The translations under genes were made by a program, and so were the position numbers. Shown here piece after piece: positions 37,431 through 50,400 of a DNA stretch of 64,000 bases. Origin of the DNA: Octopus vulgaris (taxonomy: Eukaryota); contig OX597817.1 in the NCBI GenBank assembly GCA_951406725.2, positions 103,106,001 through 103,170,000 on the forward strand. Reading direction: 5' to 3'. The notes below the pieces were generated by a model. That model had not been told where the DNA came from. It saw nothing but the letters and a program-made list of their open reading frames with translations, and ran no database searches. Numbering within the stretch: the stretch's first letter is position 1; each line of letters begins with the position of its first letter.

Positions 37431-38415
37431 GTATGTTATATTCATTATCTAAATGTTCATTAGTCTTTTTTGTTTTTAAATTATTTAATCAGAAGAAGCA
37501 GTGGTTGGTATCCATAAATTTTGAATGTCCTCCTTCACTGATGAAATCAATGTCCAGTTTGCTTGTCTGTAGCTTGATGTTTGCAAGGAAAATGTGTACA
37601 GGGAAATAATAATTGTAGAGGGCTGAAGTTCTGAAGATGATTACTTGAGAATCATAAATAAATAGGTACAGGTGTGGTTGTGTGGTTAGAAGCTTCCTTC
37701 CCAATCACATGGTTCCTAGTTCAGTCCCACTGCATGGCACCTACTATAGCCTTGGGCCAACCAAAGCCTTGCGAGTAGATTTGGTAGATGGAACTGAGAG
37801 AAGCCCATCATATATGTCGTCAGTGGATCATATATCCAAAAAAGAAGCACACTCTGAAAGTTAGAGCAGTAATGCATTTACATGAAGTTAAATATATGTC
37901 TGGTCACAGAGTGACCAATGGTTTCACATCCGTAATGCACTTAGCTTTATAGACAACTCATCAGGGTTAAATTCCAGTTTCTGACCCAGGCAAAAAAATA
38001 GTGTAGTAGGTGTAAACAACATTTAGTAAACGAATATGACAAAAAAAGGCATTCTGGCGAACAGGGAGTGGAGAGGAGAAAAAACTCTTGGAAAATTCAC
38101 ACAATCAAACTCACAGGATCTGAAAACTCAATGTTAACACCCTGTTACAAAAATGAAAAAAAAATTAGTGCCCTCTCCGCCCCCTCCCCCTGTTCGCCAG
38201 TGTGCATTTTTTTTCATATTCATTTACTACATGTTGTTTTACACCTATTATACTATTTCCCCCCCATTTTTTTGCCTAGATCAGAAACTGGAGTTTGACC
38301 CTCATTAGACTCCAATGGCCACCAATATTAGAGTCTGATGAGTTGTCTATAAAGCTAAGCATATTATGGATGCAAAACCACAAGTCACTCTATGACCAGA
38401 CATATATATATATAA

Positions 38416-38492
<77 letters not shown>

Positions 38493-41400
38493 CTGTGTGT
38501 CTGTGTTTGCTTCTCACTACCACTTGACAACTGGTGTTGGCATGTTCATGTCCCTGTAACTTAGGGGTTTGGCAAAAGAGACCGATAGACTAAACAAACC
38601 TAAAAGGAAAAAATAATAAGTACTGTCGTCGATTCATTTGACTAAAATTTCTTCAAGGCAATGCTCCAGCATGGCTGCAGTCTAATGTCTAAAGCAAGTA
38701 AAAGATAGAAGATAAATGCAGAAGTTGGAGAGGGGTGAGGCATAATAGGGATGATGATGAAATTTGAGATGAGGGCAGTGGATGGTCTTGGACAAGTTCA
38801 AAGATACCATGATGTCATCATGGAAGATGATATCAACAATGAGTTGATATAGATTTCCTCAATGCAGGACGACAGGTATTTGAACAGTGGAGTTGTTCAA
38901 AATGTGGAAGAGACAAAAGACTAATTTTGAAGAATACCTCATAAACACTAGGTATTGATGTTTTTGCTTTTGGTGAATGTGATTAAGATAGCATTTTTTT
39001 TTTATCTGTGTTCAGTTTCATTTATGGTGAGCCAAAATGTGATCAGATAAAAATACTCCCTCACAGAACTTTGTTGCTGCTAACATGGTGTAGGTGCATT
39101 ACACCTCTTGACAGCAGGTAAAGAAGCTGGCTATACAGATATAGAAAGTGTTACACATTAAGGTTCAGACACGTGACCTCATTTCTTCCTTTTTTTCTGC
39201 ACTGACATGCAAGCTATGAGAATGTAACTTGACTGGCTCTATCTTATGCCACAGGCCAGCTTGCAGAAGACCATGGCCTTTACACACCAACCATTTTATT
39301 TATCATTCCATATATGTGTGGCCACAATAAACGTGTTTAAAGTTACAACCTTGCTTGTATATGTTTTACATCTGTCTTTACTACCAGAGAGATTACAGCC
39401 TTCTGAGAGTCATATTAGGTGGCTCAATGACGACTTACAACATCTAAAATGGTGACCCGACGTGAACACAGACTTCTAAAATGGTGAACACCTGCAGAAT
39501 ACAGACTAGTGAATATGTATTCCCTTTTCTCCTTCGTGACTTTGGCTATGCAACCAAATTGCCTCTCGTCATATAGGAACACCACTGTCTTGTCACCATA
39601 TTGTCTTCTTCACCAGGAAAATTTTGGTGCTATTTTCAAGCGGGAAACTGCAAATCATTTTTCCTTGGGTTGTAACTCAATTTACAACTTGGTCATTTGA
39701 AGACACGGCATTACAGAGAATTTTGTTCTTGTTTATAATTTGTTCCTTATCAAATGGCAAGGATTTCTTCTATTTTCATCCTCTGCTATTGAAGAAAAAT
39801 CTTCCTAGTTTGCTGCTCGTCATGTCTTCTTTCAACAAGGGTGTTTTGATTGCTATTTCTAATGGTGTTTCTTCAACCAGCTTGTTCTTCGTGCTGTTCC
39901 CTTTCTATTATCATCCAAGATGAGTCATTTTCCTTTGCTTCAATATCATGGAGATACTAATATATAGTTTTCACAACTGGAATCGTTCTTCATTTCTTCT
40001 AACATTCAGTTGGCCCAGAGCAAACTCCACATCATTCTTGCTGGCATTCCTTCTCCCCTTGCACTTGCAGTGCGAGATATGATAACAGAAATGCCATCGG
40101 ATATGACCTGCGAAACCTTCAAAGCTGAGGTTCTCCAGTGTAACTCTCCCTCGCTTGAGAGTAAATTTCGCACACTCTTGCATCTCAGGGACCGCCCCCT
40201 CCCAGTTTTTGTGATGAATCCAAGAGTTGTCTGATAGCTAATATGAGGGATGACTATTTTTCTTGAGGATGCCTTCTAATGTCCAGTCGATTTTAGCTCC
40301 TATGATAGAACACAAGGCCTTTGAACCAACTTGCCACCTCCGCAGACAAGATTATGGAATTTTCTAGCTCACCATCCTCTGCAGATAACCTTGTCGCTTC
40401 TTCATCTTCCTCTTGAGATTCTACTTCTGCTCCAGTTGACATCTTGCGGGTTATAGCAGAACTGACCCATCAGGTTTCATGCATGTGTAGGAACTATTCG
40501 TCTTCAAGGGATCATTCCGCAGGAAGGACCAGGTGCCGTTCCTTCTTGCGCATACATGCACTTCCTGTTCCCTCAGTCTGCTGGTACCGCAGTAAGTTCA
40601 AGGACCAGGTCTAGAAATGTACACAGCCCTGCTCTTACTCTTCTCAGGGAAATTAGACAGGGAGACACTGGACACATCAGGCGTCTCCCCCATCAATTGA
40701 CCCTATCATGCATTCTTTATAAGAGACGCCAATTCTTCAAAGTCCTTTATAGTGGATATGGGTGCCAGCTTAAGTAGACCTCAACGGTTTACCTCCACCA
40801 CTCCTGGTCTTTCTGATATCCCTCTCTATGCAGTGAATCACTCCGCTGTCAAGACCTATGGACTAATATCCCTCACCCTAGATTTGTCACTCTGTAGGGA
40901 TTTCAAGTGGATCTTTGTCATTGCAGACTTGTTCTATCCTATTCTTGGTTATGGATGATTATACACTCATCTTTCTAGTGGCCATCATCATCAGCATATA
41001 ATGTTTATTTTCTATGCTGGCATGGGTTGGACAGTTTAACAGGAGCTGGGGAGCTAAAGAGCTGCACCAGTCTCCATTGTCAGTTTTGGCATGGTTTCTA
41101 TGGCTGGATGCCTTTCCTAATGCCAACTATTTTACAGAGTGCATTGTGTACTTTTTATGTGGCAACAACACCTGAAGAATCACCAAGTAACTTGCAAGAC
41201 AAAGACACCTGACTTGGAAGGGGAATAGTATTGAAGGAGGTGACTTTGTGCCAGGTGAGAGCTTCAAATATAATAGAGTTATAGAAATAGGTGTTTTGCT
41301 ATAGAGAAGATATTTGGTTACTCCAAATATCAGGATAAAATGCTCAAACAAATGATGGACTGATGTACATATTGCAGAGAAACAAAGGAAAGCATGCTTT

Positions 41401-44400
41401 CTCTTGCAGCAGTTATAATAGTTGTGTTCCTGAAGGAGTGATATTTTCAGAAGTTATCAGAATGATGATCTGCAGTGGACTACAATGATAGGAATGTTTT
41501 TGCATTAGTTAAACACATAACTCTACTTTCAGTTTGACATCAAAATTTCTTGTGTCATGTGGTTAGCAGTAGGAGGAATATATCCAGCTGTAAAATCTGT
41601 GTTTGCAACAGAATCCATCTGAATCCTGTTATGTTCTGTTGATTTAAGTACATACAAATCATTCTTCTTAAACACAACCTATTTGGAACCATCTTCCAGG
41701 AGAATTCATATAAAAATCAAATAAATTGAATCAAACTAATGTATCTCCTTGGTTACTAGAGTATATGCATTTCCAAAAGCATTTTTAATAGTTATTTTTT
41801 GGCCTTTGTAGTTAGCTCAAAGCCCTTTATATTTTGTATGTCTAATATTTAGGATTCTGTGGTTTGTTTTATTCAAATTTTGACAAATGTAAAATATTTA
41901 AATTTAATTTCGGATATCAGTTTGTGGTATTAATATTTTTTTCTTGGTTATCTTTTCAGGGTTCTACATTAAGTGCCGACCAACTTAAAAGTTTGGTGTA
42001 TGAACAGTGGTTAGCTGCTGACCTAACTGAGCTTGGATCTCAATGTTTACCACAACAAACTGCTACTTCCAATAAGTTTTTTCTCTCTGGATTTTATTGT
42101 TTACAGGTGAAGTATTATTGTAATATTTTGTTCTCTCTCTCTCACTCTCTTTCTTTCTCTCTCTCTCTCTTTCTTTCTCTCTCTCTCTCTCTTTCTTTCT
42201 CTCTCTCTCTCTTTCTTTCTCTCTCTCTCTCTTTCTTTCTCTCTCTCTCTCTTTCTTTCTCTCTCTCTCTCTCTTTCTTTCTCTCTCTCTCTTTCTTTCT
42301 CTCTCTCTCAAGGAATTTAGTGTATAGGTAGGAGTTTTCCAGGGATCGGTTCTCAGCCCTGTCTTGTTTATCATAGCCTTCCAGGCCACAACAGAGGAAT
42401 TTAAGACAAGCTGCTCTTGGAAGCTTCTCTACACTGATGACTTTGTTCTTATTGCTGAATTACTACCAGAACTAGAGAATAAATTTCACTGTGTAAGCAA
42501 TGTCTGGAATCAAAGGGCCTTAGAGTTAATTTAGCAAAGATCAAAGTCTGAGTAAGTAGGAAGACAGACAAATTACTGATCCCTTAGGGAAATGGCTCTG
42601 CTTGATAAATTCTACTAAATTTTACTGAATTCTTTGTTATTTTCAAAATTAATTGAAACAAAAGCAGTGTATTTCATTGAAAATATGGTAAAACAAGGTC
42701 AAATTATTTTATATTGTTCATGTTGTTTAGTCTTGTCAGCTTTGACTGAGACTGACAAAGGCATTCTAGTTGTGACCATTGCATCTTTTTTGTACGTCAA
42801 GGGCTTGATTGTTCAAAGAGTCCTTTGATGGAAAGGTGTGATTTGTGGGAGATTTTGCTGTTATTTCTAGTATGTCAGATGGGCATGTAAAAGTTACTTT
42901 GTTGACTTATTTTATTATTTGAGCAGTGAGAGTCTCAAATAAGTTGAATTGTACCTTGGAGCCTAAATCTCTGATGAAGCCACTTGTAAAGAAGAAATTA
43001 GGACACATAGCAAGGGTGTCTATGAAAAAACTTTACATCTGGATCAGCAATAGTGTCCTAACCAAGTTAAAAACAAGGCTAGTGTGTTCTACAGTTCTAT
43101 ATACCAGAGATGAGGAATTATGTACATTATTTACATTCGACAGATATTTGTCCTCATCTTGTTTGTTTTTAACACAACGTTTCAGCTGATATACCCTCCA
43201 GCCTTCTTCAGGTGTCTTGGGGAAATTTCAGGTGTTTTGGGGTAATTTCAGGTGTCTTGGGGAAAATACCTTAGGAATGAGAACCCAGGTTTGAAATTTC
43301 CCCAAAACACCTGATGATGGCTGGAGGGTATATCAGCCAAAATGTTGTGTTAACAACAAAAATAAGATGAGGACAAATATCCATTGAATGTAAATAAGGC
43401 TAGTGTGAGTACTTATGTGGCCAATAGGCATTTATGGTTGTAAATGTGGCCTCTAGACAAATCTGAAAAGAACATAATCAATGCATATGAATGTTACAAG
43501 TCTCATACAAGAATCATTGAACAAATGAATGGGTGTTACAACAAATGGGTGAAAGACAACTCCTGAACATTGTGAAAAAACGAAAGCTCATCTACGAGGT
43601 GGTATCAAAAAGTTCCTTGACTAGTTATGTTTAATAAAAAATAACTAATTTACTTAAGTTGTAACATCATCTCCTTTGAAATAGTCACTCTGTGCAGCAA
43701 CACACTAGTCCCAGTGTTCCTGCCACTTTTGGAATCTGATCTGGAAGTCATTTTACATAAGCGAATCGAAGACCTCCTGTGATTTGCTCTTGATCTCAAC
43801 AATGGTGTAAAAATGGCAGTCTTTGAGCTGCATTTTCATCTTGGGGAACAGATGGAAGTATGTAGGTGCTAAATCTGGTGATAGGGTGAGGGCGAGAAAC
43901 TCATGAGTGAGGAGAGCTCAGTAACAGAGCATTGTTGTGAAGAATCCAATTCTACATGCTCCACAGATCCAGTTGCTTTCACCAAATGTCCTCAAACACT
44001 TCAAAACATTGCAATAGATCTCTTGATTGACAATCTGGCCCTGGGGAATGAGTTCTTGATACAATACCACAGATGTCAAAAAAAGCAATGAGCATGCTCT
44101 TGATTGAGCTATGGCTCTGTCTTGCACCCGTGCCACTCGAAACTTTGTGTGCGACCCATTGCTTCATTGCCATCAGCTTACTGAAACATACTCAATGTTT
44201 CTGTAGCAGACTTCCCAAGTTTAATGCAAAAATTTCACTTTGGTACTTTGTTCCAATTTCCTGTCCCTGACAAAAATCATAGACTACAACATACACGCGA
44301 TTACAAAAACACAAATTTCTCAACTGGCAAAGTAAACACAGTGGTGTGACTCAGCACACTGCCTCATGAAGGTCACTTGTTAGCTCTCACTGTTGGTGCA

Positions 44401-47400
44401 CTGTAGAACCAGTTCAGGAATATTTAGATGCCACTTTGTGTTACGGCCATATTCAAAGAAGCAGAGGTTTGGAAAACATTATCATGGAATGAAGAGTAGA
44501 GGATAGTAGATCAAGAGGCAGACAAAGAATGCTGTGGATGGACAATAGCAAGAGATGTTTGGACAAGAATGGCAAGGCAGCTGGAGAACTTAATTGAGAA
44601 AACTTCCATTGTAGTGTCATAAATGTGCTACACATGTACAGTACATGATGACAAATCACTTTATAGTTTTAACCTGCTTTCCTTCTTATTTATAGTTAAC
44701 AGAACAATTTTAGTAAGGCAATTGAAAGCCCACTACTAATCTTCTTACTGAAAGTTTTCTAGAAATCTAGGATCTATTAGACCTCAATATTATGGCTCTT
44801 CTATTATGGCCAAAATGTGGCTATAATAGATGAACTTTTGTTTTTTCAGACTGTTCCAGAGTTGTCTTTTACCTACTTGTTGTAATATCCATTCATTTGT
44901 CCGATGGTTCTTGTGAGAGACTTGCAACATTCTCCTCTACACCCACATTTCAAATGCGTTGATTATGCTCACTTCAAACTTGTTCAGAGTTTGTGCTTCA
45001 CAACCATAAATACCTATTGACCAAATGAACACTAACGCTAGCTGTCTTTTTAACTTAGTTGGGACACATTTTGACAATGGCATTTGATAAAATGTCTTTG
45101 TCTTTTTCTACATTCAGGACTATATGTTTCTAATGTTTCCTCTCTTTAAGACAGGAAAGTGTCATTTGAGAGATTTAACTACTAAGTATAGCATTTCAAG
45201 CAGTCATACAGAGGCTTCTTCCTTGGCTCTTAACCCTTTCGTTTCCAACCTGGCTGAAACTGGCTCTGGTTCTGAGTACAAATGTCTTGTTTTCATAAGT
45301 TTTGAATTAAAATCTTCCACCAAACCATAGCCACAATTTATATTCCTAACACTAACTGAAGGATAACTAAGTTATTTTACTAAATTCTTTGTTATATTTG
45401 AAGTAATTGAAAGAAACATTGAACATCTCAAAATAAATACAGTAATGAAAAGGTTAATGTAGATAATTTGTGTCAAGGAATGAACTTTTGAATGTAAACA
45501 TCAATAAAGCTTCATTCATGTAAACAGTTTAATTTTGTAATTTCTAGGAATTCTTTATTTTACTTCGGATAAATTATGAAGTTTTGTTTCCCTTTTTTAA
45601 ATTTTTCATTGCAGGTAAATAATATTATAGATATTAGTACATCCTATTACACTCAACACTCAAAGTTAAAAGGAACAGACTCCTCAAACAGTCTAATATC
45701 AGCTGAAAATCCCAAACAATATACGGTAAATCTATTTTTTTTTGTCATTCTTTCTAATATTTCTTAAATTTTTCTTTCACTATTTCTGTTACTCTTTTAA
45801 AAACATAACAGCTTATTTATTTATAAAGTGCATTTTAAAGATAATCTTTCTTAATGTGTATGATGATCAGTACTTTTATAGTTTTAAAGAGACTATTTAA
45901 TATGACAAAGTCAAACTGGCGGTATTTGAACCTAAAACATAAAGACAGGCAAAATGTCACTAAGTATTTTGCCTGGCATGCTAATGATTCTGCCAGCTTG
46001 CCATGAACTAAGTGAATGTGAATGGTTCAATGGTTAGAGCATCAGGCTCACAATCACGAGGTAGTGAATTCAAATCCCAGACTGGTCTGTGTGTTATGTT
46101 TTTGAGCAAGACATTTTATTTCATGTTGCTCCATTTCACTTGGCTGTAGAATTGAGTTGCGATGTCACTGGTGCCAAGCTGTATTGGCCTTTGCCTTTCT
46201 CTTGGATAACATCAGTGGCATGTAGAGGGGAGGTTGGTATGCATGGGCACCTACTGGTCTTCCATAAACAACCTTGCCTGGAGTTGTGCCTTGGAGGGGA
46301 ACTTCCTAGGTGCAATCTTATAGTCATTCCCTTGGTCATTCAATATGAAGGAATCTCTAGTGCAATATTTAAAATCTATACCTGAAATTACTAGTAGCTG
46401 ATTATATGTCTCTATAAAAGAATGTTACTTTTCACTAAAATTCTATTAATTTTATTAATTTTTGAATTTAGTAAATGAAGACACAAAAAAATATAAACAT
46501 AAAGGTGGTGGGTGGCTGAATTGGTAGAGCATTGGATAAAGTACCTTGTGGTATTTAGTTTGCATCCCTTAATGTTCTGAATTCAAATCCTTTCCAAGTT
46601 AACTTTACTTTCCATGCTTCTGAGTTTGATAAAATAACTACTAGTGTAAAATTAGTTTTAAAGTTTGGCACAAGGCCAGCAAATTTGGGAGAGGGAGTAA
46701 ATTGATTACACTGATCCCAGTGTTCAACTGGTACTTATGTTGACCCTGAAAGGATGAAGGGCAAATTCAACACCAGCAGCATTGGAACCTTGAATGTAAA
46801 GACAGACAAAATGTCGCTAAGCATTTTGCCTGGCGTGCTAATGATTCTGCCAGCTTGCCATGAAATATTGAGGTTGATATAACTAATAATTCTCTTAAAG
46901 GCTGTGAGTTTCATCATGACCATGGTTGAATTAATGAAACCAGTAAAACATCATCATCATCGTTTAACATCCGCTTTCCATGCTGCCGTGGATGGGAAGG
47001 TTTGACAATAGCTGGCCAGGCTGAAGCCTGCACCAGACTTCTGTAACTGTTTTGACAAGAATTTTACAGCTGGATGCTCTTCTTGACACCAACCACTCAG
47101 CAGAGTGGACTTAGTGCTTTTTATGTGGTACAAGCACAGGCGAGGTACAGTGTGGACTGGATGCTTTTAAGTGGCACCTGCACTGACAGGGTCACCAAGT
47201 ACTTGCAAAACAAAAAAAATGCATTAAAGTTGTAAGCAAATATGAAAATTATTAAAAGTTTAGTATGGAATGTACTAGCAATGCTCTCTTGTCAAAGTTA
47301 AGCTGAAATCAGTTCAAGTGTAATGTTTATACTAGAAATAAACCACCTGAAGTACCTCAAATTAAGGATGTAACTCTAAAGATGGGAATAGCTTTTGAAT

Positions 47401-50400
47401 GTTTAACTCTTACTACAACCTAAGTAATGGAGCAATTTATTAGTTCCAACAAATGACACATTGAATTTTAGGATACTTAGAAGAAATAACATTATCTTCT
47501 TATAGTAATTAGAGGACACTCCTTTAGTGTTTGCATTTCTTGTGTTGCTTTATAGGGGGCATGGACAACTTTTTTTGAAAGGTGGACCGAATGAGACAAG
47601 GTTTATCATCAGGTGGGCTACACTACTAGAAAACAAAAATTTAACCCTTTAGCATTCATATTTCTTTGTCAAATGTATTGCTTATTTATTCACATTGTTT
47701 TGAATTAATCCTGTATTATCTCATAGCTTTGAGATTTTGATGATGTAATTGTTTATTTTTAGACTGACGTTGTCTGCTAAGTGTGAGAGGATGGATATGG
47801 CCAGTTTGAACATAAAACAAGTAGAATATTTGGGCCAGATAGGGCCAGTTTGAATGCTAAAGGGTTAAGGTAAATTTTTTGTTAGATGTGCTATTTAGAA
47901 AATCCTGTGGACCACAGTTTGCCTATGACTGCTCTACACTACTGATAACTGGCCAGTGAATGTTGGCAGAACAAACTGTTTGTAATACTTTTACCATGAT
48001 GAAGGTGCTGGTTGAATCGATAGCACATCAGGTAAAATGTTTAGTGGCATTTTGTCTGTCTTTATGTTCTGAGGTCAAATTCCACTGAGGTCGACTTTGC
48101 CATTCATCCTTTTGAGTTTAATGAAATAAGTACCAGTTGAGTGCTGGGGTTGATGTAATCAACCTATCCCCTCTCCCAAAATTACTGGCCTTAGGCCAAG
48201 ATTTGAAATCAATATGTATACCATGATGTGATGGCTCTTCCCAACAGAATTCTCAACTATAAAGCTTTTGTTAGAGTTAATATGAGGCCACATACATCTG
48301 AAAATAGCATTGGTCATCTATGAAGAAACCTCATTCATTTGTTAAGAGGCCTCACTCATATGTTTAGAAACCTTGCACATCAGTTAATGAATTTGTTACT
48401 TAAAATAATTCAGATTCTATTTTCTGCAAAGATTGCAAAATAAATGTTCAATAGACTACTTTTTCAACTTTGATGTTTGATTGACAACCTGGAATGAAGA
48501 AGAAAATAACAATGGTTACAGTTACAGCAAATTGACTTTAATAATGTCCAACTCTCATACATAAGAAGCTATTATGGATAGATAATTTTGGAATAGTAAT
48601 AATATGTAATGTCTTTGGGAGCTATTTAGACACTAGAAATTGAGTATATTTTATTTGTTCGAAGGAAATAATTTAGACTTGACAATTATATAATTATTAG
48701 AAACTGGAAGTGAACAGCTTCCTGAAAAAAGACAAGAGGGTATAATACTTAGAATTGATTAAAACAAATGACCTATAATAACCATTGATTTTTTTTTTTA
48801 TTATAGCCACAACCAGTCCATTGTCGAATGTTGAAAATGGAGATGACTGATGGGACAACTGTAGTTCATGGTATTGAATACAAAAGCATTCCGTCTCTCA
48901 ATGTTAATATAAATCCTGGTTTTAAGGTTGGTATAACTGATTTTGTAAGAGAGAGAAGGATTGTTTAGTTTTATCTTGCTGACTTAATATTCATCATCAT
49001 CATCCTCATCATGGGCTGGATAGTGTCATAGGAGATGTGGAGCCAGAGGACTGTGTCAAGCTCTGCCGTCCGCTTTAGCATGGTTTCAACAGCTGAATGC
49101 TCTTTCTAATACCAGCCACTTTACAGAGTGGACTGGGTGCTTTTTACATGGCACCAGCACCAGTGAAGTCCATCAAGTAACTTGCAAGACAAGACCCCTC
49201 AACAAAGTCGAGAGTAGTATTGTGTGGGAAGTGTCTATATTGTCAGGTGATGAGAGTTTAAAGTATGATAGAGGGAGAGGAATATTGCATAAATAATTCA
49301 AGTTGTGTCTATTAAATAATCTAAAAACTTGATGGGTCAAACAACAGAATATAGAAAATAAAATATAAGTTTTTAGTTGTATGATTTTAGATCTATTATT
49401 TTCTTTATTATTATCTCTTTACTTTCATCTTCATGGTATTGAAGAAAGTTGATGCTTTTTGAATGAATTCTTAGAGGTAATATCACATATTCTTGAAACC
49501 AAATTTTTGTCTCTAGCAAAGTAGAAAGAAAAAGTAAGTAGTTTGCTAAAGAATCAAATCACACTATTTTAATTATAACATTACTACAATGTTATAAAGG
49601 AAAAGAATAATTATGTGATCGAGCATTCTATCAGTTTTATATTAATTTTTCCATCACTGCATATATTCAGTGGGTCTGTAGTACAGCATATTCCTATATG
49701 TCTCTATCTTACTTTCTTACTTCAGAGAGTCTTAATGTTCTCAAGCCTAGCTTAACTGTTTCTTTCAAATTCCTTTATATTGTTCCCAGGTTAGCTCTGA
49801 CTGAGCTGACCTTTATGAAAGGTATTCCACCTATAACTACTGTATTTGCTAGTGTATAAACTGCACCCATGGTTTTTGGTCCCCAATGAGGGAAAAACGT
49901 GGGGGAAACCAGGAAATAACTAGGGCTAATCATTGATATTCATAATTATTAAGGGAAGAAGATAAAGTCCAGGTTTTAAATGCGAGAGATAATAAGAGAA
50001 TGTCTTTTTATTACATATGTTTATATGATTTATATTGTGCTCTTTATATTTTTTCTTGAAAATGTGTGGTCCTAAAAACTTTCTTTGTGTGCCCAGTCTT
50101 TGTCATCTCCTTTGCTGCATTGGCCATCCAATCCTTCCATCGGTGCTTGTGATGGTCCTTAAACGGTTTATTAATTGCAACATCATAGGGTTGAAGAAGA
50201 GATGTCATTCCCATTGGGATCATTGCCATGTCGATGTTCAGACAATATATCTTCGCCTTGGTTTCTTCTGACTTGTGGCATCTAAATGCATCCAGAACCA
50301 GGAGAATCCTTCTCTGATGCAGTCCACTGATGTGCTGCCCCCATGCTACTCAAAGCCAGTTCTTAATGAATGCCTGGTCCATCCAGCCTTTTGCTTCACC

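Larger units (their letters stand above)
42960..44650 (+). mobile_element. RTE-like LINE 3' fragment carrying two nested insertions
   Basis: KLKTRLV..LMWPIGIYGC, LLNIVKKRKL..YGHIQRSRGLENIIME..RSRGRQRMLWMD. Confidence 0.65.

Noticed and set aside
3230-40958. The two Gypsy pieces as halves of one split element
   Set aside because: The LTR sequences and termini differ and the order is reversed, so they are independent insertions.
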